Source of the DNA: Nanobdellati archaeon
GTDB lineage: Archaea > EX4484-52 > GLR71
Direction: 5' to 3'
Assembly (NCBI GenBank): GCA_019429005.1
Contig: JAHYJR010000001.1
Location: forward strand, 104,663-168,662
DNA length: 64,000 nt
The position numbers and the translations under genes were made by a program. Positions 49,395 through 60,327 of the stretch are shown here, one piece after another. The notes beneath the pieces are model-generated. The model was given only the letters and a program-made list of their open reading frames with translations. It was not told the DNA's origin and made no database searches. Positions within the stretch are counted from its first letter, which is position 1; every line of letters starts with the position of its first letter.

Positions 49395-50378
49395 TTATAT
49401 AATACCTTTAGATTTAGTTTTATTACTTTTACACCAATCAACATGTTTTTGAAGTCCCGTTTTTATATCTATTTTTGGCTCGTAACCTAATTCTTTTTTT
49501 GCTTTAGAGATATCTGCACTTGTGTTTTTAACATCCCCTTGTTGTTCAGATATTTGGATTTTATTTATTTTATTATCTAGCAATTCATTTAATGTATCTA
49601 ATATATCATTTAATGGTTTTCTTGAACCACCACCAAGATTATATGCACCTGCACCATTTTGTGATGCTAGTATTGTACCATCTACAATGTCACTAACATA
49701 CGTAAAGTCACGAGTCTGCGTTCCATCTCCATAGATTTCAATTGTTTCGTTATTTAATGTTTTTGTAATGAATTTTGTAAATGCTTCATCAGGTCTTTGT
49801 CGTGGTCCATACACTGTAAAATATCTTAGTGAAGTTGTATTTAATCCATATAGCTTTGAATACATTTCACACCAATGTTCACAATGCATTTTAGATAATG
49901 CATATGGGGATATTGGATCTAAAACATGATTCTCTTGTACTGGAAGATCTTTTTCAGCCACATCACCATATACTGACGAACTTGAAGCAAAAACAAATTT
50001 ATTTATGTTATTTTTACAAGCGGCATCAAGAAGTATGTTTGTACCCAAGATATTCGATTCAACATATTTTGTAGGATTTTGTATCGAATTTCTAACACCT
50101 GCTATTGCTGCAAGATGATATATTATATCAACATTTTTTGTGATTTTATTTATTGTGTCTTTATTTAATATTGAATCTTGTACAAATTCAAAATTATCAT
50201 ATTTTTTTAAGATTTTTAAATTTTGTTTTTTTAAGTTCTCTAAATAGTAGTCATCAAAATTATCTATACCGATTATCTTATTTCCTTCGGAAAGCAATTT
50301 TTCAGTAAGATGGGAACCTATAAAACCACAAGTTCCTGTTATTAGGATTGACATAATATATATTATAACCAATAACAT
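49395..50378 (-). CDS. NAD-dependent epimerase (UDP-glucuronate 4-epimerase-like)
   Basis: TGTCGFIG, HLAAIAGVR, ASSSSVYG, SPYALSK and RYFTVYGP.QRPD. Confidence 0.88.
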   Translation of the reverse strand: MLLVIIYIMSILITGTCGFIGSHLTEKLLSEGNKIIGIDNFDDYYLENLKKQNLKILKKYDNFEFVQDSILNKDTINKITKNVDIIYHLAAIAGVRNSIQNPTKYVESNILGTNILLDAACKNNINKFVFASSSSVYGDVAEKDLPVQENHVLDPISPYALSKMHCEHWCEMYSKLYGLNTTSLRYFTVYGPRQRPDEAFTKFITKTLNNETIEIYGDGTQTRDFTYVSDIVDGTILASQNGAGAYNLGGGSRKPLNDILDTLNELLDNKINKIQISEQQGDVKNTSADISKAKKELGYEPKIDIKTGLQKHVDWCKSNKTKSKGII

Positions 50379-50424
50379 TAAAAAACTTAAGTTATTATTA
50401 TAATTATAACCTCGGTGTTTTCAA

Positions 50425-51282
50425 ATGAAAGATTTAATTTCTATAATAATTCCCGCTTTTAATGAAGAAAAATCAATAAACAATACAATTGTTGAAGTTA
50501 AAAGTGTACTTAATAAATCGTATGATAATTATGAGATTATTGTCATTAATGATGGTTCTAAAGACAAAACAAGTGAAATAATTAAAAAAATAAAAGATAT
50601 TAAAATTATTAATCATGAAATTAATTATGGTTATGGTGCTGCACTTAAGTCTGGTTTAAATGTGTCAAAAGGTGTTTGGATTCTGATTACAGATAGTGAC
50701 GGAACATACCCTATAAAAGAAATTCCTAAATTATTAAAACATATTAATAATTATGATATGATTATAGGTTCAAGAGCCAAAAAAAATATACCTTTAGTTA
50801 GAAAACCTGCAAAATGGTTTTTAGGCAAATTTGCTGAATATATTACAGGTAAAAAAATACCCGATTTGAATTCTGGATTAAGATTGTTTAAAAAAGATCT
50901 TGCTATGCGTTTTTATACCCTATATCCAGAAGGTTTTTCATTTACAACAACAATAACGGTTGCATCTTTAATAAATAAATATAATGTTAAATTTGTTGAT
51001 ATAGAATATTTTAAGAGGTCTGGAACATCCACAATACACCCTGTTAAAGATTTTATTGGTTTTACAACTCTTATATTGCGTTTAGGTATCTTTTTTAATC
51101 CTCTAAATGTTTTTTTACCCATAAGTTTTTTTTTATTTATTTTTGGTGCTATTAAATTATCTATTGATTTTATAAATTTAAACTCTTTTGGTTTAGGTGG
51201 TGTTATGTTGGTACTTATGGCGATACAAATTACTTTAATGGGTATGATGTCTGAATTGATAATTAAGAGAACAAAATTATGA
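50425..51282 (+). CDS. GT2 glycosyltransferase
   Basis: IIPAFNEE, NDGSKD, TDSDGTY, DLNSGLR and GFSFTTT. Confidence 0.88.
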   Translation: MKDLISIIIPAFNEEKSINNTIVEVKSVLNKSYDNYEIIVINDGSKDKTSEIIKKIKDIKIINHEINYGYGAALKSGLNVSKGVWILITDSDGTYPIKEIPKLLKHINNYDMIIGSRAKKNIPLVRKPAKWFLGKFAEYITGKKIPDLNSGLRLFKKDLAMRFYTLYPEGFSFTTTITVASLINKYNVKFVDIEYFKRSGTSTIHPVKDFIGFTTLILRLGIFFNPLNVFLPISFFLFIFGAIKLSIDFINLNSFGLGGVMLVLMAIQITLMGMMSELIIKRTKL

Positions 51283-51295
51283 TTTTTGTGATTGT

Positions 51296-52010
51296 ATGGT
51301 TGAAACTGATGCTACAAAAAATTTGATGCTTACCGATAAAAATCTAAATTTTACAAATTGGCTTTATAGTGAGATTCAACCTTATATTTTGGGGTAATGT
51401 TTTAGATGTTGGTAGTGGTATTGGAACTTATTCAAAAAAATTATATAGTTCTGTTAAAGGCAATCTGTTTTTAACTGATATAGATTATAAAAATTTAAAA
51501 AAACTTGAAAATTTATTTAAAAACAAAAAAAAGGTCACAATCAAAAAATTAGATATTACTAGTAAAAAAGATATTCAATCTATTAAAAATAAATTTGATA
51601 CAATAATTTGTTTAAATGTTTTAGAACATATTGAAGATGATTTGATTGCGTTAAAAAATATGTCTAGTTTACTGTCGGATACGGGTCAAATAATTTTATT
51701 AGTTCCAGCCCATAATTTTTTATATAATTCTTTAGATATTGCAATGTCGCACAAAAGGAGATATAGTAAAAAAAGTCTTAAATATTTGATACATTCTACA
51801 AATTTAAGTATTAAATGTTTATTTTTTTATAACTTTTTTTCAATATTCGCATGGTTTATTAATGGTAATATTTTAAAGAAGCGTATAGTAAATAAAACAG
51901 CATATTCCTTATTTAATAAATTAGTACCTTTATTACGTTTATTTGAAAAGTATAAATCTATAAGATTAACAGGTATTAGTCTTATCGGTATTTGCAAAAA
52001 AAATATTTAA
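51296..52010 (+). pseudogene. Class I SAM methyltransferase with a +1 frameshift at TTTTGGGG (51387-51394)
   Basis: ATG 51296 gives MVETDATKNLMLTDKNLNFTNWLYSEIQPYILG* and stops at 51395. Removing one base continues into NVLDVGSGIG of ORF 51369-52010. Confidence 0.72.
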
Positions 52011-53929
52011 AGTTGTATTTTTATCTTATGATTTTCATTTATAAACAGCTCATGCCATATTTCAAAATTAAGAATATTCCATATTTGTCTACTGTAATAT
52101 AATTTAGTTTTATCTTTATTTGAAAATAATTTAGTTGTATTTATCTGGTTAAAATATCCCTGTTTTTCAATAATTTGTTTATTTGCAAATCGATTAATTA
52201 GGTAGGACATTTCATCAGTCCATTGTTCTATAGGGACATAAAATGTTTGTTTTTTTCGTTTAAGAATCTGTTTAGGCAATATTGGTTGTATTGCTTTTTT
52301 GAAGATATATTTTGTTTTTAATCCATTCATCTTTAAATTGGGAGGTATTTTAAATGCTAATTCAACCAATTTATGGTCTAAAAATGGAACTCGCGCTTCA
52401 ATTGAATGTGCCATACCCATTTTATCAGGTTTCATAAGAAAATCTTCAGGTAATACGGTTTTAGTGTCAAGATATAATACCTGATTTAAGAAATCCCATT
52501 TATTTGAAAAATAGGTTTTATTATACATATCATAATTTGTAAAATCAGGTATTTTTTTGATTATTTGTTCATTTAATATATTTTTACGTTCCTCTTCATC
52601 AAAGATTGAAATAATCTCTAGATAACTTTTTGCTTTATTTTCAGGCATCTCTGTTACGAATTTAGCAAATCTATTAATCATTTTATTTCCCGTTTTTTTA
52701 CTATATTTATAAAATATATTCAGTACTTCGGATGGTATTATTTTCATAAGTTTTGGCAAAACCGTTTTAATATTCATAGGAATATTTCTTATATTATAAC
52801 CCATTTTAAGAAACTTGTATTGGTCATAACCTGCAAAAAGTTCATCTGCACCATCACCAGTTAAAACAATTTTTACTTTTTTTTGAGCCATTTCAGATAA
52901 TTTATAATTTGGTATTATTGCGGGGTCAGATATTGGTTCATCAAGATGCCATAACATTTTAGGTAATTCTTCTAAGATTTTTGAATTTATGATAACTTCT
53001 TTATGTTCTGTAGAGAAATAATCACTTGTTTCTTTTGCATAACTTAATTCATTATATTCCGAAATATTTTCAAAACCAACAGAGTATGTACGTAATGTTT
53101 TTTCAGGATTAATCTTTTTTATGTATGCTAATATTGCACTTGAATCTAAGCCACCACTTAAAAAGAGACCTATAGGCACATCACCAACAAGCCTTTTTTC
53201 AACTGCTTCTTCAATAAGTGTTTGTATTTTTTTGATAAAATATTGTTCAGTTTTTTTTGTTATATCTTCTTTAATATCCCAATATTGTTTTATATTGAGC
53301 TTTTTTTGATTTAAATCATATATCATAAAATGTCCAGGTTCTAATTTGAATATATTTTGTAATATTGTCTCATGTCCTGGCATATAACGCAACATTAACA
53401 TTTTATTTAAAACATTAACATTTACTGTTCTTTTTAATTCATATTCTAATATTGCTTTGATTTCAGATGCAAAAATAAAAGAATCATTTTGGTTATAATA
53501 ATATAGTGGTTTTTTCCCTAATCTATCTCTTGCAACAAATATTTTTTTATTTTTTTTATCATATATTGCAAAAGCAAACATACCTTCAAAATATGATAAA
53601 CAATTTACCCCATATTCTTCATATGTATGAATTATTGTTTCTGTATCTGTATTACTGTGAAATTTATGTCCTTTAGCTTCTAATTTAATTCTAATTTGTT
53701 TGAAATTATATATTTCACCATTGAATATAATTAATATTGATTCATCTTCATTATACATGGGTTGTTTTCCATTTATACTAAGATCAATTATACTTAATCT
53801 TTTGTGTCCTAAAGAAATGTATTTATCTGTATAGTATCCATCTTGATCAGGACCTCTATAATGGATCGTTTTTGCCATTTTTTCAATTAATTGTTTGTCA
53901 TCCCAATTAAATCCGCAGATACCACACAT
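52007..53929 (-). CDS. asnB: Asparagine synthase (glutamine-hydrolysing)-type amidotransferase
   Basis: MCGICG, RGPD, RLSIIDL, LSGGLDSS, GDGADE.FAGY and EARVPFLD. Confidence 0.93.
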   Translation of the reverse strand: MCGICGFNWDDKQLIEKMAKTIHYRGPDQDGYYTDKYISLGHKRLSIIDLSINGKQPMYNEDESILIIFNGEIYNFKQIRIKLEAKGHKFHSNTDTETIIHTYEEYGVNCLSYFEGMFAFAIYDKKNKKIFVARDRLGKKPLYYYNQNDSFIFASEIKAILEYELKRTVNVNVLNKMLMLRYMPGHETILQNIFKLEPGHFMIYDLNQKKLNIKQYWDIKEDITKKTEQYFIKKIQTLIEEAVEKRLVGDVPIGLFLSGGLDSSAILAYIKKINPEKTLRTYSVGFENISEYNELSYAKETSDYFSTEHKEVIINSKILEELPKMLWHLDEPISDPAIIPNYKLSEMAQKKVKIVLTGDGADELFAGYDQYKFLKMGYNIRNIPMNIKTVLPKLMKIIPSEVLNIFYKYSKKTGNKMINRFAKFVTEMPENKAKSYLEIISIFDEEERKNILNEQIIKKIPDFTNYDMYNKTYFSNKWDFLNQVLYLDTKTVLPEDFLMKPDKMGMAHSIEARVPFLDHKLVELAFKIPPNLKMNGLKTKYIFKKAIQPILPKQILKRKKQTFYVPIEQWTDEMSYLINRFANKQIIEKQGYFNQINTTKLFSNKDKTKLYYSRQIWNILNFEIWHELFINENHKIKIQL

Positions 53930-54088
53930 ATATCTTGTTTTGTTGTTAAGAAATTTAAATATATGTTGTTAAGTTATAATTATTTAAAAACATTTATTTT
54001 TATACTATTTTTAACTTTTTTTTAAATAATTTTTATATTAGAGATTCTTTTATATTATTTTATATTAAAAAATATTTGTGATTTAAAA

Positions 54089-55282
54089 ATGAAAACAAGA
54101 ATTGTGGATCTTTTGATTTGTCCTTATTGCAAAACAAAATTATTATTAAATATATATAAAACCGCAAAAAACGATTTCAAAATTAAAAACAAAATATATT
54201 GTAAAACGTTTTGTAATTTTAAAAATAAACAAATAAAAAATAATAAACATTTTGATTGTGTTTCTTGTTTTAATACTGAAATAATTGAAGGTAATTTGAA
54301 ATGTACTACTTGTAATAGATTATTTCCAATTATTAACGGAATACCACGTATTTTAAAAGATGAATATTTTATCAATATTAATAAAATCTATAAACCGTTT
54401 TTTAAAAAATATAAAGCTGATTTTAATGAGAATTTATATGATATATCGGATATCGATCAAGATATTAAATTAAAAGAAAAAATTGCAACAGCTTTTTCTA
54501 AAGAATGGTTAGATTTTAATAATATGTATAAAGAATACGAAAAACAGTTTTTAACTTTTATTGCACCAGTAAAATCAGCTTTTTTTAATGAAAAATTAGT
54601 TCTTGATGGTGGTTGTGGTTCAGGACGCCATGTGTATTATTCCTCAGTATATGGTGCTGAAGTGGTGGGTATTGATTTAGGTATCTCTGTTGAAACGGCA
54701 TATAAAAACACTAAAAAATTACCATTTACACATATAATACAATCTGATATATATAATATACCAATTAAAAAAGAGTCATTTGATTTTATTTATTCTATTG
54801 GCGTATTACATCATTTACCTAATCCTAAAAACGGTTTTTTAAATTTAACTAATTATCTTAAAAAAGGAGGTTCTATTTTTGCATGGGTTTATGGTTATGA
54901 AAATAATTCAAAAATTTTATTTTTTGTAGATCTTTTTAGAAAGAACATTACAACAAAATTACCTTTGACAATAACTAAATATATATCCTATTTGTTAACA
55001 ATACCATTTTATTTTATTTTAAAATGTTTTTATGGGCCATTTAATCAACTGAATGATCAGTTTGCAGAAAAAATATTACCAATAAATCAACATTTTTTTC
55101 AGATGTCCGGTTTTAGTTTTAATCAGGTTTATTCAATTGTATTTGATCATTTATTAGCACCAATCGCATTTTATTATAAAAAAGACGAATTTAAAAAATG
55201 GTTTAAAGATGCAAATTTGAGAAATATACGTTTGAATTGGTGTAGAAAAAATAGTTGGGGCGGTATTGGCACAAAAATTTAA
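54089..55282 (+). CDS. Trm112-like Zn domain fused to class I methyltransferase
   Basis: DLLICPYCK...EGNLKCTTCNRLFPIINGIPRIL, followed by VLDGGCGSGR and SIGVLHHL. Confidence 0.8.
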   Translation: MKTRIVDLLICPYCKTKLLLNIYKTAKNDFKIKNKIYCKTFCNFKNKQIKNNKHFDCVSCFNTEIIEGNLKCTTCNRLFPIINGIPRILKDEYFININKIYKPFFKKYKADFNENLYDISDIDQDIKLKEKIATAFSKEWLDFNNMYKEYEKQFLTFIAPVKSAFFNEKLVLDGGCGSGRHVYYSSVYGAEVVGIDLGISVETAYKNTKKLPFTHIIQSDIYNIPIKKESFDFIYSIGVLHHLPNPKNGFLNLTNYLKKGGSIFAWVYGYENNSKILFFVDLFRKNITTKLPLTITKYISYLLTIPFYFILKCFYGPFNQLNDQFAEKILPINQHFFQMSGFSFNQVYSIVFDHLLAPIAFYYKKDEFKKWFKDANLRNIRLNWCRKNSWGGIGTKI

Positions 55283-55358
55283 TTTTTAAAAAAAATCTCA
55301 TAATGGGTTTAAATTTAATCTTTAAAATTATTTAAGGTTTATAAATAAATTAGTTAGC

Positions 55359-56939
55359 ATGTTCCAAATAAAACCTAAAAAAGAATTATTTTTATTTATT
55401 ATCTTTTTTATTTATATTTCCTTTTTTTATTTTAACACAATTTCTATAAATTCTAGATATGATGATACTTTACAATATCTATCTGCAGGAATAACTCTCG
55501 TTGAAGATGGTATGTATACCGAAAATTATTGGCTTAGACCACCTTTGTTACCATTAATTATCGCATCTTTATATAAATTAGGTGTTTCTGTTGATATAAT
55601 AACGTTAATTTTACCTTTATTTTTAATTTTTTTATTTATACTTGTATCATATTACATTATCAACGTTTTTTATAATAAAGAACTAGCATATATTGTTGTA
55701 CTTCTTATGATAGTGTTTCCATCTTTGTGGCGATGGGGCAATGTACTCTTAGTCGACATTTTATTTGGTGCGTTATGTTTGTTGTCATTATTATATTTCT
55801 ATTTGTCTGTTGAAAAAGAGGATTATTATTTTTTGTATTCGGCATTTTTTTTATCGCTTGCGTTTTTAACAAAAATATCGGCAATAGTTATACCTTTTGT
55901 TTTTATATGTTTTTTAATTTATCAAAAAAAAATAGTTTTTATTAAATCCAAATATTTTTTAATAGGAACATTTTGTGCAACATTTATTTATTTATTTATT
56001 TTTTTGTTTATATATAGTATAAGTTCTTTTGAAATATTTTCTTTTACACCAATGAATTATGCATTAGTTGCTGAGACAACTATTAGATATTTTATTGAAT
56101 TTTTGTTAAGTCCAATAATTCTATTGTTACCCATTGGTATTTTAAGATTAAGTAAGAGCAAGTCAGACATACTTGTTTCTTTTTTAGCAATCGGTTTTAT
56201 GTTATTTTATTTAAAAACAACTTTTTTAACTAGGTATTTTTCTATATTATATCCTTTTATGTTATTAGTATCTTATAAAGGCTATCAGTGGATTATTAAT
56301 TATTTTAAAATAAATATAAAAATATCTAAATTTATCTTTTTAATTATTTTATTAATTAGTTTTGAAAATACTGTTTATTTATTAACGATTGATTCACAAA
56401 GTTATTACGGCGTTTATGACTTAAAAGAATATATTAGCACTTTAAATACGAATCCAATTATAGCGGTAGGTGAATCTTATACATATCTTAGTATTTATAC
56501 AAATAATAATTTAATCCAACCACCACATTATATGGTTTTTGGCGACAAAATAACAATGGAATATAAAGAGTATATTGATTTAATAACAAATCCAGATTCT
56601 GAAAATTATTCAGATTATGTTAATTTAATTAGATCTGGTAATACAAAGAGTTTTTATGATATCAGTCAAGAATGGATTTATAAAAATAACATATCTTATA
56701 TCATATTATCTATATATGATGAATATGAAGCGAAGCCTAAGCCAGAATATTATACTGTAAAATATGCAGGTATCGAAATACCTTACAAACGTCAATATCA
56801 AGCGAATAATATACCACCAAATTATATTTTTAATTCGGAACAATATCATTTTTTTGAAAACAATAATAATTCAATACGTATAAAAACAATTTATAAAAAG
56901 AATCAAGAAATATTTATAATTTATAAGATTTTATTTTAA
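55359..56939 (+). CDS. GT-C membrane glycosyltransferase
   Basis: YDDTLQY, LRPPLLP, LLVDI, LTK and TRY; paralog of the 38383 and 47894 genes. Confidence 0.75.
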   Translation: MFQIKPKKELFLFIIFFIYISFFYFNTISINSRYDDTLQYLSAGITLVEDGMYTENYWLRPPLLPLIIASLYKLGVSVDIITLILPLFLIFLFILVSYYIINVFYNKELAYIVVLLMIVFPSLWRWGNVLLVDILFGALCLLSLLYFYLSVEKEDYYFLYSAFFLSLAFLTKISAIVIPFVFICFLIYQKKIVFIKSKYFLIGTFCATFIYLFIFLFIYSISSFEIFSFTPMNYALVAETTIRYFIEFLLSPIILLLPIGILRLSKSKSDILVSFLAIGFMLFYLKTTFLTRYFSILYPFMLLVSYKGYQWIINYFKINIKISKFIFLIILLISFENTVYLLTIDSQSYYGVYDLKEYISTLNTNPIIAVGESYTYLSIYTNNNLIQPPHYMVFGDKITMEYKEYIDLITNPDSENYSDYVNLIRSGNTKSFYDISQEWIYKNNISYIILSIYDEYEAKPKPEYYTVKYAGIEIPYKRQYQANNIPPNYIFNSEQYHFFENNNNSIRIKTIYKKNQEIFIIYKILF

Positions 56940-56959
56940 ACATTAATTTTTTTCAAATT

Positions 56960-57769
56960 TTAAAAATATTCTTTATACGGGTTTGGTCTATTTTTTTTTA
57001 TTGCAACAAAAATATATTCCGAACAAATACCATATTTTTCTAAAAATGTTTTAATCTTGGTAAAACCTAAACCGTAACCAGAGGCTACAGGTCCTTTAAG
57101 GATTGCAATTATATTAAAATCTGCATCATTAAACTCTTTAATCCATCTATTTTTTCTAAACAGAATTAACTCTTTATAATTTGAATCGTATGCCCCATGT
57201 GGTAATGGGAATAAGAGGCGTATTAATTTTGATCTTTTTGTAGTTATTTTAGGATTGTTATCAAATTGTTTTTTTTGTGATTTATTTATTGAATTATTTG
57301 TAATTCTTTCAAAAAGAACAACAATCAAATTTATGTAATGGAATATGATTTGCGTTATTTTCCAAAATGAGTTAGGTATACAATGAATTGTGATTCCATC
57401 ATTTTTAAGTATCTTATGTATGCCATTTAAAAATTGATTTGGGTTTTTAAGGTGTTCTATTAAATTTGAAGAAAATATAATATCAAATTCGTCTTTTTTA
57501 AAATATGTATCAATCTGTTCTGCATCACATTCCATATATTTAATTTGTTTTGATTTTATTTTTGAAATTTGTTTTATATTATAATTTGAAGAAATAATCT
57601 GTTTTACATACTCTTGTAATAATGTTGTTTGGTATCCATCCCCTGCACCAACTTCTAAACCCTTTTCAAATTTTGTTTTTGGAAATCTCTTAAATATTAT
57701 ATTAAACTCTTCTTTCCTTAATCCATGTAAATATTTTATCCAATTTGGTTTTATTTTCATAAGAATCAC
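56960..57769 (-). CDS. Class I SAM-dependent methyltransferase
   Basis: LEVGAGDG and FDIIFSSNLIEH. Confidence 0.85.
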   Translation of the reverse strand: MILMKIKPNWIKYLHGLRKEEFNIIFKRFPKTKFEKGLEVGAGDGYQTTLLQEYVKQIISSNYNIKQISKIKSKQIKYMECDAEQIDTYFKKDEFDIIFSSNLIEHLKNPNQFLNGIHKILKNDGITIHCIPNSFWKITQIIFHYINLIVVLFERITNNSINKSQKKQFDNNPKITTKRSKLIRLLFPLPHGAYDSNYKELILFRKNRWIKEFNDADFNIIAILKGPVASGYGLGFTKIKTFLEKYGICSEYIFVAIKKNRPNPYKEYF

Positions 57770-58247
57770 ATTATATATTATATGTTTTATTTTTATGCTA
57801 TTATTAGGATCCTATAATTCGTACATATAATAAATAAATAGTTTAACTTTGTTATCATTTTCTTTTTTTAATTCAATTTAATAATAATATATCTAATATA
57901 TATTTATCTTTTTTGTGTAATCATAATAAATATATTTTGTTTTAATATAAACATTTTTATTTAATTTATACATAATTAGTACAAATATATATTTTGTTTT
58001 ATATTTTTAAACATTTTATTAATATTTAGACACTTCTGTATATTTAATTGTTTTAAATTACTATTTATGTATTATTATTTGTTTTATCTAATTAAATCTT
58101 AGATTAATTTTAAGTTATTTACAAAATAGTTAGTTTATCACTAGTATAGAATACGACATATTATTTTGTAATTTGTGTGTTTTTATAATAGGTCTAGGTT
58201 AAATTGAATATATTTATAATATTTTATATCTTTTAATATTTATAATT

Positions 58248-59009
58248 TTATATTTTTCTAATAAGAAATCTAAAATTCTTTTTAGTGCCAATAAGATTTT
58301 GTAATTTAGAAAAAAACATAAATTTTCGTGCATTATATTCTTCATATAATAAAATTTCAAAATTTTTATTGATATTTAATGTATCTATTAATTTTTTTGC
58401 ATCAATACCATTTTTACAATGTATATCTGCATAACTATAATCTATTTTTTGTGTTTTTATTTGTTTTAAATACAAATTAAATCTATATAAATAATAATCT
58501 ATTTTTTCAATAATGTTATCTAGAATCGTTTCATTATTATTTAATGGTTCGTGTATTACATACAGAATACCATTTGATGTTAGCTTTTTAATACAATTTT
58601 TTAATGTTTTTTGATAGTTTGGTAAGTGATGTAAAACAGAACTAAATGATATAATATCATATTTTTTATTAGTTATTTTAAGAAATTCATCTATATCTTG
58701 ATTATATAAATGTATTTTTTTTGATTTTATTTTTTGTTTTAGTTCATTAATCATATCTTTAGATATATCTAAACCATCAACATAATATCCTTTTTGAATA
58801 AATTGTATTGTTAAATTACCGGTACCACATCCAACATCTAAAACGGATCCTTTTTTGAAATACGTGTATATAATCTTTAATTCATTTAAAATTTTTTTTT
58901 GTTCATATGTATTAAATATTTCACGATGTAATTTATCATAGCTTTTTGCTTCAATACTATGTACACGTATATTTTTATTTTTAATTTTTTTAGATAATGA
59001 ATTCATCAT
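58248..59009 (-). CDS. Class I SAM-dependent methyltransferase
   Basis: VLDVGCGTG and YDII..SSVLHHL. Confidence 0.87.
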   Translation of the reverse strand: MMNSLSKKIKNKNIRVHSIEAKSYDKLHREIFNTYEQKKILNELKIIYTYFKKGSVLDVGCGTGNLTIQFIQKGYYVDGLDISKDMINELKQKIKSKKIHLYNQDIDEFLKITNKKYDIISFSSVLHHLPNYQKTLKNCIKKLTSNGILYVIHEPLNNNETILDNIIEKIDYYLYRFNLYLKQIKTQKIDYSYADIHCKNGIDAKKLIDTLNINKNFEILLYEEYNARKFMFFSKLQNLIGTKKNFRFLIRKI

Positions 59010-59052
59010 ATTTAATTGTTTTAAATCTATTTATTAATATGTCTATAAACAT

Positions 59053-60192
59053 ATGATTAACAAGATGGTTTTTATGAAAAGTATACTCATGTTAATAAAA
59101 AATAACCCATGGACTACTCCGGGGGGTGCAGAGATTTTTGTGCGTGAAATCTCAAAAAAGCTATCAAAAAATAATTTAGTTCATATCGTTTGTGAGGGTC
59201 TTGAGGATAAAACAGAATATGTAGATGATATATTAGTTCATACATATAAAACATCCAATATACCAAAAATACGTGCTCTTGAAAGTATGTATAAGTTATT
59301 TAAAACTACTGAAAAAGTAATAAAAAATTATCAATTTGATGTTATTAACTCACATATAGTTTTTCCGACAGGATATATAGGATATTATCTTGCAAAAAAG
59401 TATAAGATACGTTCTATTTTTTCAGCACATGATGCATCTGATTCATCTATATATAAACAATCAAGATATAATTTATTTTATAATTATTTTGTAAAAACAA
59501 CAATTACAAAATCAGATAAAATACATATTGTAAGTGAATATTCAAGAACCTTTCTGAACTCATATTTTTCTAACATTTCAAACAAATGTGTTGTTGTATC
59601 GCCGGGTTTAGATAAAAATATATTTAATCTTAAAAAGTTTAATACAAAACGAAAAAAAAACAGTATTATTTGTATTTCAAATTTTCATAAATTATTCACA
59701 ACAAAACGACAAGATCTATTAATCCTTAGCGCAAAAAAATTAATTCAAAAATATCCAACAATATCTATAATTTTCGTAGGTGATGGTAATATGGAACCTC
59801 TTAAGACTTTATCAAAAAAAATAAATCTTAAAAAAAGTAATTTATCTTTTTTAGGTAAATTCACACATAATGATATTGCAAAAATTCTTTCAGAAACAGA
59901 AATATTTGCATTTCCAACAAATTTTGAATCTTTTGGAATGGTTGCAATCGAAGCAATGTCTATGGGCACTGTTCCGATTGTTCCAAATATACCTCCCTTT
60001 GATGAATATATTTCAGATCAAAAAGAGGGTCTTTTTGTAGAATTAAGTGCTGATGGTTTTTATGAGGGTATTGATACTTTATTATCAAATAGAGAACTAT
60101 TATCCCATTTATCAAAAAATGCAATTTTAAAATCTAATAAGTATACTTGGTTAAAAATTTCTAAAAAATATGAAAATATGCTATTTTCATAA
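59053..60192 (+). CDS. GT4 glycosyltransferase
   Basis: PGGAE and ESFGMVAIEAMSMG (EX7E). Confidence 0.9.
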   Translation: MINKMVFMKSILMLIKNNPWTTPGGAEIFVREISKKLSKNNLVHIVCEGLEDKTEYVDDILVHTYKTSNIPKIRALESMYKLFKTTEKVIKNYQFDVINSHIVFPTGYIGYYLAKKYKIRSIFSAHDASDSSIYKQSRYNLFYNYFVKTTITKSDKIHIVSEYSRTFLNSYFSNISNKCVVVSPGLDKNIFNLKKFNTKRKKNSIICISNFHKLFTTKRQDLLILSAKKLIQKYPTISIIFVGDGNMEPLKTLSKKINLKKSNLSFLGKFTHNDIAKILSETEIFAFPTNFESFGMVAIEAMSMGTVPIVPNIPPFDEYISDQKEGLFVELSADGFYEGIDTLLSNRELLSHLSKNAILKSNKYTWLKISKKYENMLFS

Positions 60193-60327
60193 GATTTTAA
60201 ACGAATCTACTAAATATATAAATACTTTTTAATTAAACATAATATTTATTTTAAAATTATTTTTATAATTTCTATAAATATTAGTCTATTTTTCAATTAT
60301 TTTTTGTATTTACATCTAAATAAGGTC

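Noticed and set aside
57770-58247. Possible decayed gene in an AT-rich gap (also 61421-61693)
   Set aside because: Only short open stretches with no recognisable motif.
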